Shown piece after piece: positions 1 through 13,700 of a stretch of 64,000 bases of DNA. The DNA is taken from NCBI GenBank assembly GCA_002633005.1, contig NMRA01000016.1, positions 1,047,874 through 1,111,873 of the forward strand, read 5' to 3'. The notes under the pieces were generated by a model that saw only the letters and a program-made list of their open reading frames with translations, did not search any database and was not told the origin of the DNA. This stretch comes from Phoronis australis (lineage: Eukaryota > Animalia > Phoronida). Within the stretch, counting starts at the first letter, position 1. Each line of letters opens with the position of its first letter. Both the position numbers and the translations under genes were made by a program.

Positions 1-1078
1 TCAATCAGGGATCTGTTTCATGACAATGAATTAAAGCTTAAGAAAGAAATTTGGTTGTTCGTTATCTCCCACTTCACAATAACTGAATAAAGGTTTAGCT
101 AAGTAGCAATGTATCATAGTCTAGAAATATTTTTTAGAAATTACCTCATTAACTTGCAGTTATGTAAATTCTCAGAGATTTTTACTCATTCAAGTGAGAT
201 TCAAATACTTTTCAGAAATAGTTGTAAAGAGTGTAAGACCAAATTTCTGTCTGAAGACTGAAGTCACTAAGACGTGGATGTCACAAAAATCCTCTGAAAT
301 AAGCCAAGTAAGCATTGCTCTTAACAAAAATTAAACCTATGGAATACAAACATGCAACTGAAGTTCGTATGACTTTGTCTTTTCACAATTTCGGAAAATA
401 TCTACATATTTATAAACAGCCTGCCCATGAGGGCTCTTTTGTCCTCCATTGGAAATTGTTCACGTTGATACCATGTGAACAAAATTGTGTGTCACAAATT
501 TAAGGTAAATGTACGGTACAAGCAGTGAATGACAAAAGGTACCATATAAGATTTTGTCGCAATGAATTCTGTTAGCAGCAAAATGACAGATCATGACTAT
601 TGTAGTGGTGAAGCTGTAATTACAGAATGACTCATCCACCTAATTAACTTTCTTGGTAATTCCACTTTTTCTCACTTTTGAGGGAAGGCTGCTCTGATCA
701 TGAATTTGCTGTCTCCACAGCCATCACCACAGGAAATTCTGGGTTACTTTGTCTGAATAACTTTGGTGTGTACTGTACAGATATTAAAGAGCATAAAAAA
801 TCTGCAAACAGCCACCTCCATAGTATTTACCCACAATGCTGCACATTCATCAGGCATTTCACATGTTGTTATCACTGCACTAACGTTTAACTTCACCAAG
901 AGGTTAAGTTTTGCAGTGTTGAAGCCGGAAAATTCTAAGTCTGAACAATGGCAGAATTTATATCCACCAGGTGACGCTAATAAGTAAAGGCTCCTTTAGT
1001 CAACATCTGTACAGATTGAGAGCAGAAATCAGTTCATCAGCGTAGGAACGTCTGTGGGTTAACAATCCCATGTGATTA

Positions 1079-1322
1079 ATTAAAAAATAATTAATTGCAG
1101 GCGGTCTGATACACGTTGTACCAGACGTGCGCAGGCCTCGCATGTGGGCCCATTGCACCGATCACCTGGAAATATTTTTATGCTTTATTAATATATGGTT
1201 AAAACCGAGCTGAGGAGCTAGAAACCTGGCTCAAGGGTTTAGCAGTGTGACCTGGTGGGACTCGAACCCACGACCTCGAGTAAAGAAAGCGGGCACTTAT
1301 CAACCAGGCAACACTGCCTCCT
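1079..1322 (-). mobile_element. tRNA-derived SINE-like element
   Basis: Minus-strand head GGCAGTGTTGCCTGGTTGATAAG...GGTTCGAGTCCCACC (A/B boxes, 1318-1247); AT-rich tail; flanked by direct repeat CCATGTGA(T/C)TA at 1068 and 1323. Confidence 0.55.
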
Positions 1323-1733
1323 CCATGTGACTACGTGAATGCATGCATTTCTACAGGTGGGTGGGACCATTGTTGCACTAGTACCACCTTATCAGCACAT
1401 CATTGCTCTTTGTATTCTTTACTATTTTTGCCTTAATAATACAATGCACTTTGAACCTAAGCGAGAAAGGAGGGTTCTAGTCAAGGCGGGACAATTACAT
1501 ACAGGAAACTAGGACAAAATGAATAATTAAAGCTTATCTTTGGTAAAGTATAACTTTTAGGAGTGTACATAGGTGAGTGGATCGAATCTGCAGTACGTTG
1601 GTAAATAGTGAGGCCTTACGGTAATAGATTCCTCGGTACAAAAATGAAACTGAAAGATAGGGGCCTTGACTAGATGAACAACCACCACAAGTAAAATGTG
1701 GTGCCGTGAATATACCAAGTACAAGGCGCTTAC

Positions 1734-4700
1734 TTGAACATTTGAGGAGTGACATGTTTGTCTCTAGTTGCCACGGTGAAGCTGTCAAACTTGTTCAGTT
1801 CCTGTTGTATATTGGACATAAAGGTGAGGTCTCCGCCAACATGCTGCAAGATTTTGTTGAAGTCCTTCCGTTGTACTATTGATGTCTTTGACCTTGGAGT
1901 GACCTTGATCCCTTCAGCTTGAGGCGGTCGTTGACCAACACAGGCCACAAGCCGTTCGTACTCCAGCTTGGCCTAGGACAATGTAAGATGGGTAACTAAT
2001 GTGTTTAACATTTAACATTTTACACATAACTGACCCAGTAAGACAATTAAGATGTAACTAATACCTTTAACATTTTACACATAATTGGCCAAAGGCAATT
2101 TAAGACGTAACACATATTATATTTTGCACATATTTTTTAACTTGAAGTCAGCCAAATGTCGTTGAACATGTAGTCTCACTTTCTCCACAATGCTCAAAAT
2201 GTGACACGGCAGCAAACACGTTCAGTGACACAAAAATCTGTTTGGCGTAAACAGCATAGGAGCTGCAAATCAGAAAATGGCGAAAAACATACTATCAAGA
2301 GTTACCTAGTCTTGAATCAAAACATCAATTACTTAACTTGAAAAACATAATAATAAAACTTCAGAAGTTTCAAAACTGAGATACATGTGTGCCAACACAT
2401 TTCATGCAAGGACTAGGACAGGTGCACACAATCTTGCTGGCTGCCCATTTACAATTCATCTCAAAATGACTAAACAAAATTTGAAAATATTAGTGCGTCA
2501 AAAGTAAGAAATGAATGACACGCACAATGATTTCTAAACATTACACCCACTTACCCACCTTTTCTACACCAAATGCATATAGTACAAGTCACAAAAGACC
2601 CCAGAACAGATATTAAATGACAAGTCTCAAAGATTACAGGACACTCCAAATCTAGTACTTACAGGCAAGAAGGTCAACTCACCATATTCTTCAGTTTCTT
2701 CAAGTGTGACACTACACTATAACTAAGACAGTTCTCCAAATTCTCAGGCACTAAATTAGACACGCCCAGTCTCTGTAAAGCTCTCCGCAGTGGCTGCAAT
2801 ATACACAGAACATAGCTCAGCCACACAGAAAAAGGTAATTTTCAAGAAACATTGATTCTTTAATCAATAGACATTAAACATGATGTCTTCAGATATGTGG
2901 ACACACCATTTTTGAATGAAACAAGAAGCAGTAACAATACTATATAGCTGCAACATGCCTTAAAGAAATCATCTGGAATACAACTGATATTTCTAAACAT
3001 TATAGTATGACCATAACTCCAGTACTCATAAGCAGGCTACCAGAACGACACCACTGGGAGACTCGTAAACACAGTACTTCCCTTACAAAATAAACTTAAT
3101 TCACTGATTCACAGAGTAACACAGTTCATGGAAAAACTGCTTAAAATGGTTACTCTATCACAAAACACAGCTTACACACCAAAAAAAACAGCTCCAGACT
3201 AACAGACATGGTTCACTGACCAAACAACACAGTTCAAGGAAAACAAGTCTGTGCACCGTGTTTGAGAGTTTAGGCACAAGTTTTGTGTTTGCGTAGCCGA
3301 GTTTATCGAGTCCACGAACCATATTTGCTAGAAACTATGTTTACGAGTGCAAAAGAATAATGGCGACTTGACATTGTCCATTATGTACCTACCCCTGCAT
3401 AGTACACTGACATGGCCTTCAGGTAGTCGTCAAACTGATTACTGAACACAGTCTATATACCTACCCCTGCATAGTACACTGGCATGGTCTTCAGGTAGTT
3501 GTCAAACTGATTACTGAACACAGTCTATATACCTACCCCTGCATAGTACGCTGGCATGGTCTTCAAGTAATTGTCAAACTGATCACTGAACACAGTCTAT
3601 ATACCTACCCCTGCATAGTACACTGGCATGGTCTTCAAGTAGTTGTCAAACTGCTGCCTCCACTTCTGTGTGACCTTCATCTTGTGCACTTTAACAAGTT
3701 CATCTGAATCAAAAACATCCCATTTATACTTTGTCTAGTCTCCAACATCTAGCCATAACAAAAAGGTCAAAAGCTGTACCCTTTCCCAAACAGGTAACAG
3801 CTGAGTAAGGGAGCACAACATTACTATAGATTAATATTCAGATTCCTTCTAACAATTTTAGCTCTCTAGCCGTTTTCATTAGAAACTAAGAATTATCTGC
3901 CCTTGAGGTCAGTCTTTAAAAACCATGTTATGGGACGAGTCACAGAATTTAAATGAGTTTTATATACATCATTAAAATGACAGAAAAACCCTAATGTATT
4001 AAGGTCATATAACACCACAATTACTTTACTTGAAGCAGCTCTAAACCATGAACTAGCGTTAACAATCTCAACTTTCTTCACTGGCCTATTTCCCATTCGA
4101 AAGCAATGCTGTTACATTATCATCATTGTTTGAAATGAAATTGGTTACAACAAATCACTCAGAATCATGGACAGCCATACCGCATCAACTATTGAAACTA
4201 ATCCGCCATGAGAAGCTGGTTAGAATCTATAACAACCAACAGTTCTTCACAAGGATAGCAATACTGAATCAACTATTGAAACTAATCCGCCATGAGAAGC
4301 TGGTTAGAATCAATAACAACCAACAGTTCTTCACAAGGATAGCAATACTGAATCAACTATTGAAAGGAATCCACCATGAGAAGCCTGATCAGCATCAATA
4401 ACAACCAACAGTTCTTCACAAAGATAGCCATACTGAATCAACTATTGAAAGGAATCCACCATGAGAAGCCTGATCAGAAGCAATAACAACCAACAGTTCT
4501 TCACAAGCTTTGCAATCTTTTCTAATGCGAGTCCACAACAAGATAGAATGATTATAACAGAAAGTAGCCTTGAATAAAAGTTGAATTTTGACATAAGATG
4601 CGAGCTTATTGCCACTTAACGAACAGATACAAAACACTTTCAGTGAACAGTGACGCAAAATAAACAAAATTAAAGCAGCTAAAAGTATTTAATTGTGATT

Positions 4701-7700
4701 CGTCAAAAGGAACTCACTTTTGAATTGGAACACTTACTGATATACAACTGGTCTCAGCTTGTTCTCTGCACAGATCAGAAGTGATTTTAGGCCATGCGAA
4801 TAACTAACAGCTTGTTATTCCAAGAGACCATGCTTGGCAAATAAAACGACACGCCGTGACAAGTTGAGCCCGACGTCAAGCAGCAGTGAACTGACAGCTC
4901 TTTCCACGCCCATAAATCACAATATATCTTGACCGAGGAACAGTTTGAGACCAGTTTCATGACAGTAAGTGAACTAAGTCCAAAGTTGGTTTTGCAGTGG
5001 AAAGCGGGTTTTGTAACCTCGTTATCTAACAACACTTACCTAATAACGCCAGTAGTACTGGATAATTGTAAGGCATTACAAACAACTTGACAGACATTAA
5101 GTTGTTGCTGGCTTTAAGGTAGCCAAACGGGTGTCCTATATCACTATACTTTGCGCTGTTGCTAACAAACACCTGAAATATCGAAGAATTGACAGAACTA
5201 CAGTCTTGTCTAACTACTCACAGAGCCATGCATGTTGATAGGATTACAAATGCAGGCAATGAAGCCAGCATTTAACAAAACGTAATACTTCCACACCACA
5301 GCCTGAAGAGAAGTAGTAAGTATGACTTAATTGTACATAGTGTTTCCCACTGGTTTCAAAGCTGTGCTAGCACATTTCTTCGACTTTCTGTTCCGCAATT
5401 GGTGTTTAAATCAATCTGACAAGGGCCTCCATGGATAAAAATCTCAAAAAGTTCAAATTGCAGTCTTACTTTTGCGTATCAGTATTAATTCTTGCCTAAT
5501 CATAAAAACAATCACTATTAATTACATTATTTACACTTCCTAAGCACGTCACTATTCATTTCTTCAGCATAATACAAATAAGGACACCTAGATACTACTT
5601 CAATCACTGGAACCTCCAAAATGTTTATCACAAAAAACTCAAAGTTTTCAAACATGACGCAAAACTTTTAAGAGGCTCAGAATATCTATGGCTCTGGGCC
5701 TTTCATACATAGATCACACGAGGATAGCACAGCTGTCCTACGCACCTGCCAGCACACATTAGGCTGTCTCCGCTCCAGGATGTACTGCGTAAGGGGTGAT
5801 GGCTCCAGCTCATACTTGTCGAACGGGAAGTTCTCCACTATCATTGGCTCGCATGGTGTACAGTTAAACTTGATGTTCGGATGGGCATCTCTAGGTGGCT
5901 GGTGAAGAGAAGTATACGATGAAAACATGTAGGTCACAGCCTGCACTGATACAGGTAATACGCATAAATCAACAATAGGTTCATAGAAGAGCGAGCTAAT
6001 TGATCACGATAATTGCTATGTCACTTAAAGGATACTAAACGGTGATTTGAAAATCCTAACAAAACTGCTTCCATCACCCGTTATTGTGTATTTTGTGTTT
6101 CCATAAAAACATGAAGATATTTCATCGAAAACTTTGTCCTGGACGTGCCAAAAAGTGGATTTCGTGGTTCAAGACTTGTTGCCTCACCCCAGAGTCACCT
6201 TTGACCTCGCCTGAAAAGTTGGTCACACTAGCCCATTTAGCATATTTGCAAGGAATTGTCAAACTTTAATTTTTCAAGGATTGGCAAAGATTTACAAAGC
6301 ACTGTTTTGTTTTGGTAATATATTGAAAAGTTAAATCAGCGTTAATAATCCAATGCAGTCAAAATCCGAGTTTATACTCTCCTTGTAAGACCAACTGAGA
6401 GCTTTTAATGGCAAAAATAAATCACACATTACAGGTGAAGTGTTCTTCACAGCATTATTTAATAAAAACATTTATGGTGAATGTATTTAATTTCCCCTTA
6501 GAAACAATCAGCATAACATTGTTAAGATCAACCCCACCAGCACGGGACATTCTGTCATCTTGTTTTTTGTTTTAACTTTCACTAATTCAAATTCATGAGA
6601 CAAAATTTCACGAAGTGAAACATTTCTGCCGCATTTGTGGTTAATATACCAATCCGTATGATTGACAGACTCTACAAGATAGTTACTTGGATTAAGACAT
6701 CACCGCTTTCAGAACGCCTTGGCTGCCAAGTAATTTTTCATTGACAAAACAAAATGTAATTAATAGACGAAGGTAAAGTTTTGTTTCACTCACATAAATT
6801 GCCTTCGGGTTTTATTGAAAAATACAAAACATCCCATAACACAAGCAAAACCTTACCAAATTTGGTGTATTCTGGCTGATGTCAGGCCAGAAGCTCTCAG
6901 GGATTGGCCAATGACCGATGGCGACACCCTTTTGTGCAGAGCGCTGTACATATATCAGCTTCCTACAAGTGTGCCAGGAGGAGGGAGCTGGTGAAGGCAC
7001 TCGTAGTTTGAGGTCACCAGGTGCAGACAGGCCAGTCACTTTATTACTGTCTTGATTTTCTATAATATAATTTAAGGGTCGATATCATTGTACCCATACA
7101 AATGGGGACTACCCACTAAGTCTTTCGCGTTTGCAATATACAACGGTCAAGTTAGGCCTCTCCTGATTTTGGCAGCAATAACAACAGAGAACATTTTGGG
7201 TGCTTGCAAATCAATCATTCCCATTATTCAATACCTCAAATAGGCGTCCAATCAGATTTCAGGGGTAGCCATTTTGTAACTGTTAAACTTGTATGGTCAC
7301 ACGCTCAAATTCTACACAGGTGCTTTGCCTTGCAAAAGTTTGACTTTGAATGATCTCAACAAAGCTAGTTTTCAAGCTACACAATTTTATGAAAAAGCCA
7401 TCTTATATTTTCACTAGCACAATGTGGGCATCACTAAATAATAACAACCTGGCACTCACAATAATAGAAATGTGCACAGGTGTACATCATGATGAGTCCA
7501 TTATCATCACAAAACAGGCAACATTAAAGTGCCCTGTAGAATTAGTGAAGATAATCTAATTGCTGGACAGCGAGACTCAAACATATCTTATTTTACAACG
7601 AACAAGCAATCTGGACACAAAAATATAACTTTCAGATAAGCCTAACCAATATTCCATGATCCAAATAACGATGAAGATCACTCACCTTTTGTTCCGTTTA

Positions 7701-10700
7701 CACCATTTTCTAAAGTTTTTGGTCCTGAAATAGGTAGGTGAAATAATGGAATAACACAATTTTTAAAGTCATATTACCCAGTGATAGCCAAGAAATTGTT
7801 GACTCCAAAAACAAACTAGGAATGAATTCTGTACACTAGACAAATGGCATAAGCCTAGAAGTTCGTCAAAGAAAAAAATCTAAGCAACTGTTTCCAACTT
7901 CACTGTTAATAATTACTTAAGTTAAACTCAAAACTTGGTCTTCTTAAACAGAGCAGCACATAACACTGTTCGACCGATGGATTCAACAATCTTAAATATT
8001 GCTGATGAAAGGAATGACTATTAACACAATCATCAGATAGAAAGCACATACTTTGTTACAAAACTGCAACAAAGGAGCATTTTATCCGTCCTAAAATATA
8101 CAAAAATACGCCAACTCTCCTAAAGCAAACTCTAACACTCTAGGAAGCCTTTGCATTCTAGACTCGTAAGTGATTCGTGCTTCATGAAAAAATAGAGATT
8201 GGCAATAAAATTGGTCCCTCAGAACAAAAGGTATTACCATCAACAGAGACAGGGGAGGGATCAGGTCCAGTCTTCTCAAGATGAACAACTACCCCACTCT
8301 GAGCCTTCTGCACCAGGGACTCGATGCACTGCATAAGTGTACGCTGAGATGTGATTAAGTAGGAGCGGCCTGAAAGGGGGTAACCATGGTAGTAAAGGAA
8401 TGACGACAAACTCACCACTCCGTAGGCTTAGGCGTATTAAATAGCAAATGAAGGATTGAAAAGAAATTCAAATTTTAAAAAGTTTTCATACAGACATAAA
8501 GAAGTTCAGGCAAAATCCTCTGCTTGTGACATCAATTTCAGAAAGTGGAATATGTCAGGAAAGAAGTTAGCTCTGCTATATTAAAGAGAAGAATATTATG
8601 TTTCCTTTTTAAAATATTAAGTTATCTACCAGTTATTTGCAAATCTCACAAGGATCAAATCTACTTCCACATCACTCCAGTGTCTTATATTTTTGGAAAA
8701 TAATTAACTGTGCAAGAAAAAGAAAGGTTTACCATGTCACATATTTGGCATTCTTGACAAGAATCACTTCAAAGACTAAATACATTAATTCAAGCTGTAT
8801 TTCACCCAATTTAGCTGGGGGCTGTTCCAGTAAAATCTGTATGGGAGGGGGGGGGGAAGGCACCTTTTTTTCGCACCCACCACCCATATTTTTCATTTAT
8901 TTCTTCAGCCTACCACCCGTAATTTTTTATAAGTTTGAAATGCAACCACCCGTAATTTTTTTTGTTCTTGTGGTTGACTGCACAGGCGCTTGAGTTTATC
9001 TCTTCCTCCATCACCACTAACGTCATTCATTACTAAGAAAACACATGTTTCTTATACATGGTTATTAGCCATCGAGAAATTCGAGCACCTGTGGTTAACT
9101 GGTGTTATGGGCATGCCGATGAGGAGATCGGAGGGAGAGAAAAAGTCGGAGCTTTTTGCAAGTTGCATTTTTGTTTCAGTTTTTGATTCTGCGTGGATTG
9201 TTTTTAAATTTACTAAAATTACCCACCATCAAACATTTATGGCCCAATGAAACAACAACGACCTGAAAATTTTTATTTTTTTGAAGTACGACCACCAGCA
9301 ATTTTGAATTTAAATCAAACGCAACCACCCATAATTTTTTATTTCAGTTGCCTTCCCCCCCCACACAGATTTTGCTGGAACAGCCCTGGTTCAAAATGAA
9401 AATCAAATTGTTTTTTTTTTATTTCTAAGTTTGGTCTCATAACATTCCTTTCCTTGATAGAATTACATTTCTGCTATAAAAAAAACACAGAAATGACCGC
9501 AATGAATCAAGAAAATGCTTATTGGGGTTGGCCAACCCTAAAATTGCAAATTTGGAAATTTCGCATGTATGCATCATTGCCTGTGACCCAAGTTGGTAAA
9601 CATAAATGGAATGTTATCACAGTAAGAAATGTTAGTGAGACCGATTTTCTGGAAGTAACAGGCATACGTTCAATTTTTGTTTTAAGCCAGTTAAACAGGA
9701 GCAGCTTCAAAACAAGTTGGGCATAAAACCAATTCAATAAAATTTAGCTAGTGAATGTTATGAAGCAGGCGCCCCGTTCCAAAAAAAACTATCTCAGCTA
9801 ACACAATTTGAGTCAATTTTGCGATAAAACTTGAATTGTCTCAGGTTCGTTTCAGGAAAGAGATTTTAAGTTTGATTTTAAGTGTTTGACTTTGACTTAA
9901 TTTTGACTAACTAACCAGATATGGAAGTTTCATAGTTTGGAAGCTGAGACAAATCTTATATTTAAGTCAAAAATGAAATTAAATCAGTTTGTTGGAATGG
10001 GTTCCAGGTGACATGGTATGACGTTAATCCAGATCGAGTGATTGCATCAAGCGGCTTCAATATTACAACATGTACAGTGCTGCCTCCTACCTCCTGTCAC
10101 TTCACACATAGCATCAATTGGTGAGTCCTCAGCTGGAGGTATGAACTGAGAGATATTGTCCCTAGGTGGCACTGCAGGTATCCTGAGAACGCAGCCAAAC
10201 AGGCGCTGATCCCACCTGAAGGGTTCCTTGGTTAGCTCAGCACCAGGGATAGCATTGTGCATGGGCAAGTTGAGCTGTAGAATACAAAGTGCACTGGTAG
10301 TTATTGTATAACACTTGCAAATGGAAACAGTGCAAATGGTCGTTATTTGATGAACAGCACGAGAAATGCAAAACGTTCAGAAACTCTAAATGGCTTGTTA
10401 CAACCACACATAAAAGATTCGTGAGTTTCTGCAAAGAAACTATAAAACACAGTAAACAAGAACCAGTGTCTATTGTTATGCACTAATTATTTAATAGGAT
10501 TTCCAAAACTGCATACATTGTAGTGACCCCAATTCCTCAAATATCGGCCCATTCCCCACTGAAAATTATCAAAAATCACGCAAAATCCCCTCATGAGGCC
10601 TAAAAATTCCCCTCAAGGTTCGAATTACTTGTAACTCACACAGGTGATTATTTGAAAGAGCAAAAAACGTAAGTTTTGGCTATTTGAGGGAGAGCCTTTT

Positions 10701-13700
10701 AAGGCTTGCAACAGGGTGAGGGTGTTACTCATGATGATCCGGAGGTAGAATTTTTCCCCCACCCTAAAAATTTCCCCTCTCAGAAGGCATAGGCACCTCC
10801 CCCCCCTGGAGAAACAAGAGCCCTGCATTGAGCACTGCCTCAAAGATGGTACTTTTCTTATAAGCAAACTGTTACAAGCATAATGATGAGCAATTCATTC
10901 AAAATTACATCACAGAAGACTTTAAAAAAACCAAGAGGTAAAAGAAACATAATATCTATCCGACATTAGAATCCACACAATGATGACTCATCTGATCTGC
11001 TTGTGAATCTCGTGTGTAATCTTGAAGTGAATTCAGCAGTGAGTTAGAATTCCATTAATGAAACACTTTCTCAAGTGTACATCTGTCGCTGGACTTTCAT
11101 GTCATTTGTCAAAACCATACTATAATGACACATATTGATTTTGCGGGTGCATCACCTTACATACAAGGTATGCTGAGTACTGCTTCGGTAATAAGACCTT
11201 GGAATATCACATTTCACAAAATGGTGAGAGTCCAATGTTGTGACTTAAATTTTCCGAAATGTAATGAAAAACCGAGTTACAAACCGAAGCAAGTTAACAC
11301 TTCTTGTTTTCCAGTTATATTGTGGTAAGAATGGGGTTCATATATAGCGGCTATCTTTGGTTCACCACGCTTCATTCTAATTTCATCTTACTTTGAAGTA
11401 GGACAATTCACTTTGGTTCACCGCGCTTCATTCTAATTTGATCTTACTTTGAAGTTGGACAATTCACTTTGGTTCACTGCGCTTCATTCTAATTTCATCT
11501 TACTTTGAAGTTAGACAATTCTTAAGCAATCAATACAACTTTAAAGTTGGATGAAATAAAACTGAAGTAATAACACCCATCAGCTTTGTTTTGTAATTAA
11601 AAGGTAGCAAAAGCTTTATCTGACATTTTCATTGTTCTGATGGTATTAACACTTGGTTACTCTCATTCTTCCATGTTTAGGTTTACCGGTATGAAAATTT
11701 GACTAGTGCTCATTCTATGATCTATGACAGAGGGCCTATGTCTCAGATTTTTCGTTCTTTTTCGCACAACAGAGACATCGACCACAAAAAATGAAAGCGC
11801 TCCGAGGAGCGACACTTGTCGAAAATGACTAAGAAGACAACAACACTGACGAAGAAAAACTGTCATCGATACGATAAGGAACACAATTTCAAAGTTCATG
11901 ACATGACTGAAAACACTGACGGACTACAACATACGCTTGAAAGGAAAGGAAGATTATTCAATTGGAAGCACATTTGGAGACTGAAATGGGGTGGCACGGA
12001 ACACTGAATAAATGAGAATAAAGATCATCATGATATCAATGTTGATGTTCCGAGTAAGACAAAAACATGATTTAGGCCTTGCTAGGAAAGGAACACACAA
12101 CATTACAGAGTGTATGCAGTGAACTGAGGCCTCATTAATAAAACCACCACAGCAGTCGAGGAAAGACAGGTCCACATTAAAACTAATAAAAGTTCTGAAG
12201 GGTAACACACAATAGAAATGACGATGACAATGATGATGAAAATGATGGTGGTAATGATGAACATGATGCTAACAATTCGTGTAATAAATGAAGATGTCTG
12301 AAACGAGTAAGACAAAAATGCAACCTTTAGACTGCGAACAAACAAAAAACCAAAAAATTGATGCCAGAGCAACATAAAATTTTGCGAAGTAATGAAGACC
12401 AGAGACGACAGTTTTAAAAAGCAACATAAATAGCTTATGTCTAGTTGTTTTAGGGTAAATTAAAAATATGAGACAGATCCTTGTGTATGGAGAGTAAGAA
12501 TAGTTCAAACACGAAAGTCCCCCACCTGCAGTTTAAGCATTTCAGAAATTTGTGTCTACAGCAAAAATATGGCATTTCGGTGTTAAAAGGTTACTCGATG
12601 AATTGTGAAGTCAAAGTAAAACTGAATGCCTTTTCAACATCAGTAATTAATTAAGTATTTTGCTCATCACATTGAGAAAAATAAATACCTCTGATGGGAC
12701 TCCAGCATTACTGGTCAATTTTCTGCCATCAGTCAAACATATGATGACAGCCGGTTCCATATAAAACGGACAACGACCCTGAAAAACAAGAGCAATGCGA
12801 AGTATTGAAATGCACCCACGACTGCCTCGCAAACAGTATGATTCAAGGGATGTTTCTTAATATAAAAAGGACTGTGGTAATTGGCCCGGTTATGTTACAC
12901 ATAGAGTAGAATTAATGCAAAGCAGGACACTGGCAACATTCCTTAAAAGTTTTAGGTTGTAAAAGTCACATTTCTTGTTTGATTTTCAAAATGCAAAAAC
13001 CAAACCACGAGTATTTTTCACAAACTTTTTAAGTACCATATATAAAAACTTTCAATGTGAAAATTTAAAAAACCCTTTTGTTACCCCCTGTGTTTATGGT
13101 GGGTCTCATTACATCTAGAGAATGATGACAACAGCAGTGAGAGGTGGCTGTGTAATAAACTACTACAAGAACATGGTGTCTTTGACCAATGCAGCAGATT
13201 TTGAGATACGCAAACAGATCAAGAAGCCCAATCTCAACCACTGAGTTTGTCAACATAGGACCCTTTTCAAGTTGACAGCCCTGGAATTCCACAGCTTTGT
13301 AGTGGTAACTCAAAACTATAAAAGATGCAGATCACGATTCTCCTTACAATTTCTAAGTGCGTCAAAAAAAAATGAACAGGAGATTTGAAACTACAAGAAT
13401 GAGCACAAAAATATTAACGTTTTTTTCTATACGGTTTCTTCTAATATTAAAAGCTAATTAGTTTATAGTAGTAGTGTCTCAACCAGATTGCTTCCAGGCA
13501 NCCCCCCCCCCCCTCAGTGTTCGAACTCTGCAGGGCTTGGAATGACCCATGACAAAAATAGAGGAAATTTTTATGGCCCTAAATACACATTTCAATCTAA
13601 ACCATACCTCCACAGATTGAAAGTTACAGTGTCATGTTGACAAAACGCACTCATCTTAAGCAGTACCTGACATCTATTTCAGCAACAACTATGAAGGCAA

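Noticed and set aside
1247-1318. Functional tRNA gene
   Set aside because: A/B boxes are present but acceptor and anticodon stems do not pair; the same applies to 35436-35493 and the cassettes at 39132 and 46417
1-1700. Next INTS6 exon
   Set aside because: No phase-2 exon with recognisable INTS6 sequence found; it probably lies left of the window
4126-4401. 91-aa repeat protein
   Set aside because: Translation of an 84-bp minisatellite antisense within an INTS6 intron; the frame breaks in later units
3386-4506. CRISPR-like arrays (72-bp and 84-bp periodicities)
   Set aside because: Units are wholly repeated with no unique spacers, there are no cas genes, and the context is eukaryotic introns
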